Shown piece after piece: positions 33,646 to 44,256 of a DNA stretch of 64,000 bases. The DNA comes from Nitrosopumilus sp. (GTDB lineage: Archaea > Thermoproteota > Nitrososphaeria > Nitrososphaerales > Nitrosopumilaceae). How positions within the stretch are numbered: position 1 is the first letter of the stretch; the number at the start of each line of letters is the position of its first letter. The translations under genes were made by a program, and so were the position numbers. Location: NCBI GenBank assembly GCA_965224195.1, contig OZ245040.1:800001-864000 (forward strand), written 5' to 3'. Under the pieces are notes generated by a model. That model saw only the letters and a list, made by a program, of their open reading frames with translations, was not told where the DNA came from and searched no databases.

Positions 33646-34596
33646 TTATTCTAATTGATACAAGTCTAATTCACAATCGATATTACAATCTGGTGTTGAC
33701 CAATCAAGTGTATCTTCTTGTGGAATCATTCCTAAAGGATCATAATTATCAAATTTTGTCATTCCTTGAATTGATGATAACATTACAACTTTGGATTCTT
33801 CTGCAGATGAGGTCATATCAATTTGTGAATTACTTTCATTAACAATTCCTGCTGTAAGGTTTGTAATTGAGTTGATAACTCCTACTGGGATGTTACTTCC
33901 TCCAACTACATACAACATTGAACGTTTAACTGAGTTTGGAGGTGCATTTCCATAAAACATTTTGAGTGAATCTCTTAGCGAGTCTTCAATATGTTGACCA
34001 TCCTTGCTTGTGGATAGAATACTTGTTTCATTGGATATTTCTGATGAACCAAGTGAACTTACAACGTGCATCATTGCAGAATTTGCAATTTCATAACATG
34101 CTTTTGGACTTAAATCTGGATTACTTTCCAATAGTGAATCATTATCAAGCACAATTGTGCATTTTGAGTTCTCTCTTACTCTTTTTAGGGATACTCCTGA
34201 ATTGAAAATTCGGTCTTTCTCATATTTGAAAGGCATTATTGCAAAGGAAACTAATCCTGCATCTACTTCTTTACACATTTCTGATACTACAGGTGCCATG
34301 GCTGAGCCTGTTTTACCTGCTAAATTACTCATTAAGACAACTGTGGAATAACCTGAGATTTTTGATTTTATTTCCTCGGCAACTTTGTAAGTTGAACCTC
34401 TGATTAATTGAACTGATGGATTAACTACTGATTCAGTAGAAACATGAACAGATGGAATTTCTGATGATAAATCATTCTTATCGTTACTAATTATTAGACA
34501 ATCTGAATTTAGAGAATTTTTTGCATCTACTGCTAATTTTGAGCCTACGCCACCAAGGCCTATGACTAAAACTGGTTCTTTAACTTGAAAACTCAT
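33646..34596 (-). CDS. ftsZ: Divergent thaumarchaeal FtsZ/tubulin-family protein
   Basis: VIGLGGVG, LAGKTGS (degenerate GGGTG), MPFKYE and LDND motifs. Confidence 0.75.
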   Translation of the reverse strand: MSFQVKEPVLVIGLGGVGSKLAVDAKNSLNSDCLIISNDKNDLSSEIPSVHVSTESVVNPSVQLIRGSTYKVAEEIKSKISGYSTVVLMSNLAGKTGSAMAPVVSEMCKEVDAGLVSFAIMPFKYEKDRIFNSGVSLKRVRENSKCTIVLDNDSLLESNPDLSPKACYEIANSAMMHVVSSLGSSEISNETSILSTSKDGQHIEDSLRDSLKMFYGNAPPNSVKRSMLYVVGGSNIPVGVINSITNLTAGIVNESNSQIDMTSSAEESKVVMLSSIQGMTKFDNYDPLGMIPQEDTLDWSTPDCNIDCELDLYQLE

Positions 34597-34669
34597 TTCT
34601 AATCTTATTTCTTGATTTAGATAAAAAACCTTCTTACGTTTTTTTAATCAAATTTTAGATCGAAAAAAA

Positions 34670-35938
34670 TTAGCTTGCGATCTTACCAATCAATCGTTTC
34701 ACAGTAGCATCTGTGATTTCAACTGTATGTGATTGGCCTAGTTCAACCTTATCCTTTACTGCTATAGGCTTGTAAGCAAAATTTCTACCCTTTATTCCCT
34801 CATCTGTCATTTCATCAAATAGAACTTTACCTTTCCAACCGATCCACTTTTGATTACTCCCCATTGATAATTTACTGATCTGCTCAAAAACTATCTTTGT
34901 CCTTCGCTTAATTTCAGCTGCATCAATCTGTTCTAATTCCGCAGCATCTGTTCCAGGTCTTGCACTATACTTTGATAGATTGACAACATCTGGTTTTGTT
35001 TCATCTAACAATGCTATTGTTTTTTGGAACTCTTCTTCTGTTTCAGTGGGAAATCCTACAATGATATCTGTCGAAATAGTAAAGTCTCCAAATCTCTCTT
35101 TGACTTTATTTACAATCTCTCTAAATGTACCCGATGTATGCCCCCGCTTCATATCGTTTAGTACTTTGTCACTTCCACTCTGTACTGGAATATGTAAAAA
35201 TTTGAAAACTTTATCGTTGTCAAAAGATTCAATCAAATTCTCTTTAATCCTTGGCATGTACATTGGGTTCATCATGCCAACGCGTATCATAAAATCATCT
35301 GGAATTTCAGAAACTGCGTTTACTAATGATGGTAAATCAGTACCAATATCAAAACCATAACACCCGTTATCTGTAGATGTTAGCCACACTTCTTTACATC
35401 CTTCTTTGATTTCAGTTTGAACCTGTCTTACAATATCTCCTAATCTGTAACTTGAAAGATCCCCTTTAGATAATTTGGTTTGGCAAAAAGTGCATTCACT
35501 CATACATCCACTTGCAATCTCTACAATTCCTACTGTTGGGTTTAGTCTTACTTTTGGAAGTCCTATTTTGGATAAGTCCGTGTCCTCCAAGGCAATTTGC
35601 TTTCTTCCTCCTAAAGTTGAATTAATCACTTGAAGGGTTTTCCCTAATGAATTGGGTCCTAATAGACTAGCATTTTCTGAAAATTTTTCTACATTTTCTT
35701 TTTCTGCTTTTGGAAGACATCCTGCTACGATAAGCGGTTTTGATTTTAATGAATTAATTCTATACATCATTTTATTTGCAGTTGAATCTTTGACAGAACA
35801 AGTGACTATGACGTTTAGATCTGAATCTGAGGAATTGTCAGTAAGAGTATGGCCTCCATTTTGAATTAACCCTGATATCATTTCGGAATCTGCAAAACTT
35901 GCAGAACATCCATAAGCTTCTACAAAGATCTTTGCCAT
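34670..35938 (-). CDS. tRNA methylthiotransferase (MiaB/MtaB family, radical SAM + TRAM)
   Basis: YGC, TCSV, CMSECTFC and HIPVQSGS motifs. Confidence 0.92.
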   Translation of the reverse strand: MAKIFVEAYGCSASFADSEMISGLIQNGGHTLTDNSSDSDLNVIVTCSVKDSTANKMMYRINSLKSKPLIVAGCLPKAEKENVEKFSENASLLGPNSLGKTLQVINSTLGGRKQIALEDTDLSKIGLPKVRLNPTVGIVEIASGCMSECTFCQTKLSKGDLSSYRLGDIVRQVQTEIKEGCKEVWLTSTDNGCYGFDIGTDLPSLVNAVSEIPDDFMIRVGMMNPMYMPRIKENLIESFDNDKVFKFLHIPVQSGSDKVLNDMKRGHTSGTFREIVNKVKERFGDFTISTDIIVGFPTETEEEFQKTIALLDETKPDVVNLSKYSARPGTDAAELEQIDAAEIKRRTKIVFEQISKLSMGSNQKWIGWKGKVLFDEMTDEGIKGRNFAYKPIAVKDKVELGQSHTVEITDATVKRLIGKIAS

Positions 35939-35941
35939 AAT

Positions 35942-37303
35942 TTATCGAAATAGAGAATCAATTTCTTTGTTACTCATTAGTTTTTTTGAAACTACAAGTT
36001 CTCTGATGGTCTTTCCAGTTTTTAGTGATTCTTTGAAAAGTTCTGCAGACTTTAGATATCCAATTTTTGGAGTTAACAATGTGACAATTACAGGACTATT
36101 TTCAATATCTTCACGTAATTTGTTTTTGTTAGCTGTTAGTCCATCAACTAGATTTGTAGAGAATATTGGCAGGAAGTTTTTCAGCATGTCTGTTGATTCT
36201 AACATGCACTTTAGCATTCCAGGAAGCATAACGTTTAGCTCAAACTGTCCTCCTTGGGCTGCACACGAAACTGATGTATCGTTTCCAATAATGTTGAAAC
36301 AAATCATGTTCATGCATTCTGCTAATGATGGATTTACTTTTCCAGGCATGATTGATGAACCTGCATGAACTGCAGGAATTCCTAGTTCTGCCAACCCTGC
36401 AATTGGACCTGATGCCATTAATCTAATGTCATTTGAAACTTTACTAATTTCTATTGCCAAGTTTCGTAAAGCACTTGATAAGTTTGATACTGCAAATTTA
36501 CTTTGCAAACTATGTTGCATATCTTTTTCTGGTTTTAGTGATAATTTTGCAATTTTCCCTAGTTCTGCAATTGCAATTTTTCTATATCCTTTTGGGGTGT
36601 TAGCTCCAGAACCTACTGCAGTGCCGCCAAGTGCAACATTTTGTAATTCTTTTTGTGCATCGATGATTTCTTTTCTAGCTTTAGAAATTGAAGTAACATA
36701 TGCTGCAAATTCACTACCTAATGTTACTGGCAATGCATCCATGAGGTGAGTTCTTCCAATTTTCTTAAATGATGAAAATTGTTTTGCTTTTTTGGATAAT
36801 GATTTTATTAAAATATCAATTGCAGGAATGGTTTCTTTAAGGTTAATTAAAATTGCAACATGCATTGCAGTAGGGTATGTATCGTTACTTGACTGTGACA
36901 TGTTGACATGATCATTTGGATGGAGGAATTCATACTGTCCTTTTTTCTTATGTAATACTTCCAAAGCAACATTTGAAATTACTTCATTAGAATTCATGTT
37001 AAATGCAGTACCTGCACCAGAATTTATCATATCTACTACAAATTGATCAACGTATTTTCCAACTAGAATTTTGTCACAAGCTGTGACAATAGCTTTTCCA
37101 CGTTTTGTGTCAATTGCCTTTGTTTTCATATTTGCAATTGCTGTAGAACGTTTTATCATTACAAATGACTTTATCAAATTTTCATGGCTTTTGTTACCCG
37201 TTACATGATATTGTTTGATTGCTCTTCCTGTGAATGCCCCATAATATGCGTCAGCCGGAATTTTGACTTTTCCAAGTGAATCTTGATCTAATCGAAATTT
37301 CAT
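35942..37303 (-). CDS. Class II fumarase/aspartate ammonia-lyase
   Basis: GSSIMPGKVNP and SQSSND motifs. Confidence 0.92.
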   Translation of the reverse strand: MKFRLDQDSLGKVKIPADAYYGAFTGRAIKQYHVTGNKSHENLIKSFVMIKRSTAIANMKTKAIDTKRGKAIVTACDKILVGKYVDQFVVDMINSGAGTAFNMNSNEVISNVALEVLHKKKGQYEFLHPNDHVNMSQSSNDTYPTAMHVAILINLKETIPAIDILIKSLSKKAKQFSSFKKIGRTHLMDALPVTLGSEFAAYVTSISKARKEIIDAQKELQNVALGGTAVGSGANTPKGYRKIAIAELGKIAKLSLKPEKDMQHSLQSKFAVSNLSSALRNLAIEISKVSNDIRLMASGPIAGLAELGIPAVHAGSSIMPGKVNPSLAECMNMICFNIIGNDTSVSCAAQGGQFELNVMLPGMLKCMLESTDMLKNFLPIFSTNLVDGLTANKNKLREDIENSPVIVTLLTPKIGYLKSAELFKESLKTGKTIRELVVSKKLMSNKEIDSLFR

Positions 37304-37411
37304 GATGACTTTACTAATTTCCAACCATTATTCATTCTTTTTCAGATATTTTCAAAAAACTACGTGCCCATAATGGGAATTATTATATAGGAATTGTATG
37401 GTCGTTGCTTT

Positions 37412-38833
37412 ATGAATAAGCGTATTAGCATGCTCTTTACTATTGCAGCAGTAGCTGTAATGGGAGCAACCTTATTCGGAAGCACATACACACAAACCCA
37501 AATTGGCGGACAATCACTCGACATCAACAAAATGGATGTCGATGTAATTGAACAAATCCATCAAATGGGTGGTTTACAACTTGTAATGCCTCAAGCATTC
37601 GCAGAAACTGATTGTGGTGTACTTGAATCTTCTGGACGCACTGTCGTCGAGTTTGATTTGACTGGTAAAAGTGTCGAACTTCCAATTATGGGAGGAAAAA
37701 CTTACAACGCTATGACCTTTAGTGGACAAGTCCCAGGACCAACACTAAGAGTTACACAAGGTGATGTTGTAAAAATGACATTAACAATTCCATCAGATGA
37801 AGTTACTGGACACGGTAACGACATGCACGCATCTCAAATGTCAGCAGGAAACTTTGAATCCGTTAATCCGGGTGAAACAAGCATGTACTGCTACATTGCT
37901 GAATCTGCTGGTGTTTTCAAATACCATTGTTCTGGTGTCAAACTAATTGGCATGGACCAACACGTTCTTTCCGGCATGTACGGAATTGCAATCGTTGATC
38001 CTGTTAATGGATACAAGAAACTAATGGTAGAGAAAACAGCTGTCAGTAACGGTGAAGTTTCATTAGATAGAATGTTCTACGATGCAGACGCATTAGAGTT
38101 TCAACTCCAATACAATCAATTGTATTTGAACGATGACGGCAATTATGATGCAACAGCAATGTTTGCACATCAAAATACTGCAACAGTCGTTAATGGAATG
38201 CAATTTGGTTATGTACCAAACATGGCTCATAACTTACTCGTCAATGGCGATGTAAACAAGAACATCTTTGTCGCACAACCATGGAATGGACTTGAACACA
38301 AGCAATACCAATCACAACCTTTGTTTGTTGAAAATAATCAACACGTGAGACTCTTTATCGAAAACCACGGTAACGAACCACTATTCTTCCACATTGTTGG
38401 AGAAATCTTGGACAGAGTTACCCAAGGTAACAGAGTACAATCCGCAGCAACTGAAACATGGTTACTCGGAGGTTCACAAAACATGATTGTTGACTTGGTC
38501 TTTGATGAACCAGGTGCATATGCAGCACTAAACCATGATTATGCAGCAATTTACACTGGCGCAGCTACAATCTTTGTAGCAGGTGACCCATTCGGCTTGA
38601 ACCCAGTTCTAGTTGAGAAAGGAGTTATCCCAGCACCAGTAGCATCTTATGCATATGTTTTAGGCAATCCAAGTGACGCTGTCCCACCAATGGGAATGAA
38701 CAGTATTGCTCATCCTGCCCAAAACATTCACGGTTTAATGACTGATGAAGTAGCTTCTGAAATGCAAGCAAGTGGCGATTATGTCGCATTATGGGAAGTA
38801 ATTCCTGTAGTAGCAGAAATCCTTACTTCTTGA
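37412..38833 (+). CDS. nirK: Copper-containing nitrite reductase (AOA NirK-like multicopper protein)
   Basis: PGPTLRV, HGNDMH, YHC...H...GMYG and FHIVG motifs; signal peptide; TTATATA about 25 nt upstream of the ATG at 37412. Confidence 0.88.
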   Translation: MNKRISMLFTIAAVAVMGATLFGSTYTQTQIGGQSLDINKMDVDVIEQIHQMGGLQLVMPQAFAETDCGVLESSGRTVVEFDLTGKSVELPIMGGKTYNAMTFSGQVPGPTLRVTQGDVVKMTLTIPSDEVTGHGNDMHASQMSAGNFESVNPGETSMYCYIAESAGVFKYHCSGVKLIGMDQHVLSGMYGIAIVDPVNGYKKLMVEKTAVSNGEVSLDRMFYDADALEFQLQYNQLYLNDDGNYDATAMFAHQNTATVVNGMQFGYVPNMAHNLLVNGDVNKNIFVAQPWNGLEHKQYQSQPLFVENNQHVRLFIENHGNEPLFFHIVGEILDRVTQGNRVQSAATETWLLGGSQNMIVDLVFDEPGAYAALNHDYAAIYTGAATIFVAGDPFGLNPVLVEKGVIPAPVASYAYVLGNPSDAVPPMGMNSIAHPAQNIHGLMTDEVASEMQASGDYVALWEVIPVVAEILTS

Positions 38834-38844
38834 TCCTTTAACAA

Positions 38845-38868
38845 TCTTTTTTTCTTTTTATTTTTCTT
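38845..38868 (+). terminator. Oligo-T terminator after nirK
   Basis: Several consecutive T-runs just after the stop codon. Confidence 0.55.
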
Positions 38869-38903
38869 AATGAATTATATGCCGTTATTCATTTTCTATT
38901 CTT

Positions 38904-39836
38904 ATGGGATTTGAAGACTCTGTATTGATTTGTGATGTAGTAGATCCTATATTGAATAAAATTCTGATTGATAACGGACTAAAAGTTTCATATGAGCCAG
39001 AGATTACCCCTGAACAAATTTTAGAAAAAATTTCCACTTTTAATATTATAATCGTTCGCAGTCGAACTACAATTACAAAAGAAATGATTGAGAAAGCAGA
39101 TAATTGTAAGATAATTGCACGTGTTGGAGTTGGATTAGATAATGTTGATCAAGAAGCGGCTAAAACAAAAGACATTCGTGTAATTAACGCAGTTGAGGGT
39201 GCAATGAATGCTGTTGCAGAATTAGTTTTAGGTTTGATGTTATCTCTTGCAAGACAAACTGGCAGAGGTGATAGAGCAATTAGAAATGATCAATGGCTCA
39301 AAAAAGAACTCAAGGGAACAGAACTTCGAGGAAAATATTTGGGAATTATTGGCTTAGGAAATATTGGAAAAAGATTAGGAAGACTTGCACGTGCATTAAA
39401 CATGAATATTATTGGATATGATGTAATGCCAATTGATGAGGAATTTGCAAAAGAAGTTGGTTTAATGAAATCTGATTTGAATACTCTTTTACAAAGTTCT
39501 GATTACATTTCAATTCATGTTCCACTTTTGGATTCTACTTATCATCTTTTAGATGCAGAAAAAATGTCTACTATGAAAAAGACTGCAAAAATTATCAATA
39601 CTTCAAGAGGTGGAGTTGTTGATGAGGATGCTCTTTACAATGCCCTCAAAAATGGTACATTAGGTGGTGCTGCATTAGATGTGTTTGAAAAAGAACCTGC
39701 TATTGGAACAAAACTTGCTGAACTTGATAATGTAATTCTAACACCACACATTGGAGCTCAAACTAAAGAGGCTCAATCTTTGGCTGCAAATGTAATTGCT
39801 GAAAAGATTATTCAGATTCTTCGTGGCGTAATCTAG
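38904..39836 (+). CDS. serA: D-3-phosphoglycerate dehydrogenase-like 2-hydroxyacid dehydrogenase
   Basis: GVGLDNVD, GLGNIG, INTSRG and TPHIGA motifs. Confidence 0.8.
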   Translation: MGFEDSVLICDVVDPILNKILIDNGLKVSYEPEITPEQILEKISTFNIIIVRSRTTITKEMIEKADNCKIIARVGVGLDNVDQEAAKTKDIRVINAVEGAMNAVAELVLGLMLSLARQTGRGDRAIRNDQWLKKELKGTELRGKYLGIIGLGNIGKRLGRLARALNMNIIGYDVMPIDEEFAKEVGLMKSDLNTLLQSSDYISIHVPLLDSTYHLLDAEKMSTMKKTAKIINTSRGGVVDEDALYNALKNGTLGGAALDVFEKEPAIGTKLAELDNVILTPHIGAQTKEAQSLAANVIAEKIIQILRGVI

Positions 39837-39967
39837 TATCATTTCTGCCTGAACTTTAAAAATAAGTCCTTATGTTTTACATGAAAAAATAATCATTAAA
39901 GTAAATCTAGTCGTGTTTTTTTATTTTACTGTATAAAGAATTTTTAGATGATATGAAACTATGAAAT

Positions 39968-41365
39968 TTGATGTATTCTCTAAAAGATTTAGAATCTAAA
40001 AAGAATGATTTACTAATTATTCATTATGCATGTAGTTCAGTTACAGAATCTCCAGTTATAGTTAGTTCAATTTCGATCAAAAGTAGTTTGACAGGACAAA
40101 TTGATACTTTTAGTTTGGATGAATTTAAAACAGAAAAAGAACTACTGCAAAATTTTTATTATTTTTTAAAAAATACTGAAGATAAGATCTTTGTAACCTG
40201 GAATCAAAAAAGTAGCACATATGGAATTCAGTATTTATCCAGAAGATGTAAAGAACATGATATTTCTGATTCACTTCCAATTGATATGGTAAAAGTAGTT
40301 GATTTGGATGACCTATTTGCTGCTCAATATGGAAAAAATTACGTTAGTCATCCAAAATTAAGAACTCTTGCTGAACTAAACCATCTACAACTCGAAAATT
40401 TTGTGGATGGAAAAAATGAGATTGAATTATTAAAAAAAAGTCATTTTAAAAAAATTGAAAATTCTACTAATAGGAAAGTTGGGTTAATTCATGATTTAAT
40501 GCATTTAGGATTACGTGATGGTTTGAAAACTAAAAAAACAATCAAACCACAAGAATCAAAATTTAGTTTTATTCTTATACCTCGTTTTAATTTAAAAATT
40601 GGAAAAGAAACAATTGTTTTATTTTTTATAATTGGATTTTCGTTATTTTTGGTTGGTGACTATATTGTTCTAGATAATACAAAATTCTTTACTTATGATC
40701 GTCCTACATATTGGTTAAGTTTTGAACGCAATATGACTAAAGTAAACTCTGTTGAAATCAATGTGAATTATAACTCTGATAAGTTTGAAATAAGAACTGA
40801 ATTCTTACCTAAAGGAACTAATGTACAGTATCGTGTTGATATTGAGAACATTAGTTCGAATTTAGATTGTTATACTAATTTAGCAGAATTAGATTTAGAA
40901 AATAATTTGTTACATACTTGGATTACAGCAAACACATCAAAAATAAATCAAAATGTAATCAATGATCCTAAAAATACTAAGTTGGTAATGTCACAAACAT
41001 GTACCATGGATGATTCAATTATTCCAAATGGTTTATGGAATTTTAAAATTACCAATCATACTAAACCATTGATTGTTGACAATGTTCTGTTTTCTGTAAT
41101 GTATGATTCAGATAAATTTGGATGTAGGGATAGTTGTTTTTACAGTGATCAACTGAAATTAAAAGATCAAGATAATCAATTTAATGCAAAATATCTGTTG
41201 TTGGAAGGAAATAAAATTAATGTTGAAGATTTGGAAATTGAATTACGTACTATAGATACGTCTAAAGAGTATTGGGCTAATATTCTGTTTTGGATTATTC
41301 TTGGATTGGTGCCTGTAATCATTACGATAGTTTTCCATATTATCACAAAACAAAAATCAAAATAA
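39968..41365 (+). CDS. Hypothetical membrane protein with N-terminal degenerate 3'-5' exonuclease-like domain and two TMs
   Basis: EKELLQNF...FVTWN...YG...VVDL pattern; TMs near aa 215-235 and 440-460; very AT-rich. Confidence 0.6.
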   Translation: MMYSLKDLESKKNDLLIIHYACSSVTESPVIVSSISIKSSLTGQIDTFSLDEFKTEKELLQNFYYFLKNTEDKIFVTWNQKSSTYGIQYLSRRCKEHDISDSLPIDMVKVVDLDDLFAAQYGKNYVSHPKLRTLAELNHLQLENFVDGKNEIELLKKSHFKKIENSTNRKVGLIHDLMHLGLRDGLKTKKTIKPQESKFSFILIPRFNLKIGKETIVLFFIIGFSLFLVGDYIVLDNTKFFTYDRPTYWLSFERNMTKVNSVEINVNYNSDKFEIRTEFLPKGTNVQYRVDIENISSNLDCYTNLAELDLENNLLHTWITANTSKINQNVINDPKNTKLVMSQTCTMDDSIIPNGLWNFKITNHTKPLIVDNVLFSVMYDSDKFGCRDSCFYSDQLKLKDQDNQFNAKYLLLEGNKINVEDLEIELRTIDTSKEYWANILFWIILGLVPVIITIVFHIITKQKSK

Positions 41366-41527
41366 TCAAAAATTCTTCTGAAAAAATTACGCTTGAAAAT
41401 ACTCTTATGCTTATTTTTTTACTACTAATTCCTAACACATCTAAAAATAAGTAAAAAAGCTTGACTTTTACGTGATTTATTATCGTCTCTTCATTTTTAA
41501 CGTCAATTCGGAGGTCAAAATATACAG

Positions 41528-42409
41528 ATGAATAATTTTGCTGTAGAGGAGATGTATTCGGAAAAATATACAAAGTTGCCTAGTGTTAGTTCTCTTTTGA
41601 AAATATTTCTTGGATTAATCTTGTTTACTATGATTTCAACTGTATTAGTTTATGCTGAAACAATGTCTGTTGATGTTGATGGAGCTTCTTTTGATGTAGA
41701 ATATGTTGCAACAGGAATGACTGTTTCAGGAATTGAATCTGACACTGATTTCATTTCTTTGATATTAACTGTAGATGTAACTGAATCAACTGGTACATTG
41801 GATATTATATTAGATCGCTCTTTCTTTGATTTAACCTTTGAAGGATTAGATGATGACTTTATTATTTTAGCAGACGGTGATGAACCAAATTTTTCAGAAA
41901 CTGCAACTACTCCTCAAAGCAGAACTTTGAGTCTTGAATTACCTGCTGGTACTGAAGAAATAGAAATTATTGGTTCCGTATTTGGTGATTCTACAACTGT
42001 AGTTCCAGATACTAGTGAAGATGATACCGCAGCAGATGCAGCAGCAGTCAAAGCCGCAGCAACAGCAGATGCAGCAGCAGTCAAAGCCGCAGCAACAGCA
42101 GATGCAGCAGACAATACAACAATACAGTGTGGCCCTGGAACAGTTCTTGAAAACGGAGCATGTGTACTTGATGAAAGATGTGGCCCTGGAACAGTTCTTG
42201 AAAACGGAGCATGTGTACTTGATGAAAGATGTGGCCCTGGAACAGTTCTCAAAGATGGATCTTGTGTACTTGATTCAACATCATCACCATCAAGTTCCGG
42301 TGGAAAAGGAATGGGCAAAGAATCGATAATGGGATTTGTTGTGGCATTTTTAGGTGCTGGAATTGTTGCAGTTGTTTTTGGAATAATTGCTAGAAGCCAG
42401 AAAAAGTAG
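41528..42409 (+). CDS. Membrane-anchored surface protein with CGPGT Cys repeats
   Basis: Signal segment, EEIEIIGS thaumarchaeal domain, 3x CGPGTVL..G.CVL and a C-terminal TM. The true start may be downstream. Confidence 0.8.
   Translation: MNNFAVEEMYSEKYTKLPSVSSLLKIFLGLILFTMISTVLVYAETMSVDVDGASFDVEYVATGMTVSGIESDTDFISLILTVDVTESTGTLDIILDRSFFDLTFEGLDDDFIILADGDEPNFSETATTPQSRTLSLELPAGTEEIEIIGSVFGDSTTVVPDTSEDDTAADAAAVKAAATADAAAVKAAATADAADNTTIQCGPGTVLENGACVLDERCGPGTVLENGACVLDERCGPGTVLKDGSCVLDSTSSPSSSGGKGMGKESIMGFVVAFLGAGIVAVVFGIIARSQKK
42031..42274 (+). repeat. 33-bp (ADAAAVKAAAT) x2+ and 51-bp (CGPGTVLENGACVLDER) x3 coding repeats
   Basis: Read directly from the sequence. Confidence 0.88.
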
Positions 42410-42925
42410 TTAATCACAAATCAAATCTTCAGCATTCATCATTTTATCAAAATCAAACCCTGACATCTGAATTGTAGATGAATATGGGATTATTCCTAAA
42501 ATTGGCATATTTGCTTGTACAACTACAATGAACTGATTTGGATCTAGTCTGATGTCTCCTCCGTCAAATTCAAAATCTAATGCCATGAATATGTGCTGAG
42601 CTGCAGATAATTTTTCTGAAGAAAATGTTACTTCTTGTATAGTTGATGACCTTGGATTTATTGTAGATGGCTCAATTGAAAATGAGCCCAAATTAGTTGC
42701 TTCAAAAAATGAAATGATTTCTAGTTTTTCAAAACTTATCCAAAATGGCATTAAATTACATAATTCCATTTCTCCATGATTAGACATTGTAAAAAAACTA
42801 AACTGTCCTGGATTGTCCCATCTATATTCTAAATTCTGCATGCCGATTATACTTAATCCTGAATGTGCAAATGGTAAAATGATTACAATGATTGCAATCA
42901 TTGTTATGATTGAATGCTTATTCAT
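42410..42925 (-). CDS. Hypothetical membrane-anchored protein
   Basis: 171-aa ORF with an N-terminal TM, coupled to the upstream gene. Confidence 0.75.
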   Translation of the reverse strand: MNKHSIITMIAIIVIILPFAHSGLSIIGMQNLEYRWDNPGQFSFFTMSNHGEMELCNLMPFWISFEKLEIISFFEATNLGSFSIEPSTINPRSSTIQEVTFSSEKLSAAQHIFMALDFEFDGGDIRLDPNQFIVVVQANMPILGIIPYSSTIQMSGFDFDKMMNAEDLICD

Positions 42926-43581
42926 ATTCCGGTTTCCACTTTTGTTGGAAATCCAATGATATTTCTTTCAAGCAAGTTGTTCATCGCATTAGAAAAACTA
43001 TCATCTGATATTGCTCCTTCCAACCACCAATAACCGATATTTTTTACCCATTTGGGGACTTTTACATCATATACATTATCTTCATTTATTTCAAATGGAA
43101 TATTTACTAATTTAGTATCAACATATTTTTGAAATGCATCTAATAGAAAGCCATCGGAGATATTCCCAGAAAGCCAGTTTGCCATTATTGGTTTAATTAA
43201 CTCTGGAATACAGATAGAGTCAGATTCTATCAATTCAAATTCTGCAGAAGTTACTGCTCCTGAATATTGAACATCAATGAAATATTTTCCTAGTGGGAAA
43301 ATCTCTGCTTCAAATGGAATTAGCGATGGAATGGGATTTTGTAATTCTGTAATTTCTATTGGTATTGCACTGCTACCTTTTCCTGACTCATCACTAATGT
43401 GAATTATTGCAGGATCTCCTGTAACTTCGGAGACCTCAATTGTGTAGAATAATTTTTCACAATAACTGTATGTGGTTTGTTCCATAATTATTGAAATTGA
43501 TGGCTCTGCATGAACTAGGGGCAAAAAAGGTATAATTCCAAAAATGAATAATACTGATAATACTGATGTTTTGGCTATCAT
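42922..43581 (-). CDS. Secreted protein with thaumarchaeal 'IPxW..WW' surface repeats
   Basis: Signal peptide and VPKWVKNIGYWWLEGAISDDSF. Confidence 0.8.
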   Translation of the reverse strand: MIAKTSVLSVLFIFGIIPFLPLVHAEPSISIIMEQTTYSYCEKLFYTIEVSEVTGDPAIIHISDESGKGSSAIPIEITELQNPIPSLIPFEAEIFPLGKYFIDVQYSGAVTSAEFELIESDSICIPELIKPIMANWLSGNISDGFLLDAFQKYVDTKLVNIPFEINEDNVYDVKVPKWVKNIGYWWLEGAISDDSFSNAMNNLLERNIIGFPTKVETGI

Positions 43582-43799
43582 CTTTTCTTAAAGTTAGCAC
43601 TGTTCAATAAAAATCTCAAAGTAATGTTGAGGAATCTTTTTTAATAACTTTGACCAACTTTATTTATCGAATTTTCTGTGGAAGCGAATCTTTGAGTGTG
43701 CGGCTTGTGAACCACCATTCAAGGCAATTTTTACTGATTAGTGTTGCTTAGGTATGATTTTCGATTTACATTATTAAAGGGGATTTTTCTATTCTCGAT

Positions 43800-44255
43800 A
43801 TGCCTAGCTATCAAGATCAAACGTGGATCAGACTATGGAAAGAAAATTCCCCTGAAATACGTGAACGTGTAATTAAATGGCGTAAAGAAACTGCAGTCAT
43901 ACGTATTGATAAGCCAAGTAGATTACAAAGGGCTAGAAGATTAGGTTACAAAGCAAAACAAGGTATCATTGTTGTTAGAATGAGAGTCGGTACTGGTGGT
44001 ATGAGAAAACAAAGACCTACTGGTGGTAGAAGACCAAAACATCTAGGTGTTACCAGAATCAAAGCAGATGATGATATGAAGACTGTTGCAAATAGAAGAG
44101 TTCTCCAAAGATATCCCAATATGAAATTTTTAGGATCTTACTTTGTCTATAAAGATGGAAAACATTACTGGTTTGAAGTAATTTTAGCAGATCCTGATCA
44201 TCCTCGAATTGCTCAGGATAAAGAAATAACCAAAAGAATTCCTAGAACTGCATAA
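43800..44255 (+). CDS. rpl15e: Ribosomal protein L15e
   Basis: RARRLGYKAKQG and WFEVILADPDHP motifs. Confidence 0.95.
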   Translation: MPSYQDQTWIRLWKENSPEIRERVIKWRKETAVIRIDKPSRLQRARRLGYKAKQGIIVVRMRVGTGGMRKQRPTGGRRPKHLGVTRIKADDDMKTVANRRVLQRYPNMKFLGSYFVYKDGKHYWFEVILADPDHPRIAQDKEITKRIPRTA

Positions 44256-44256
44256 A

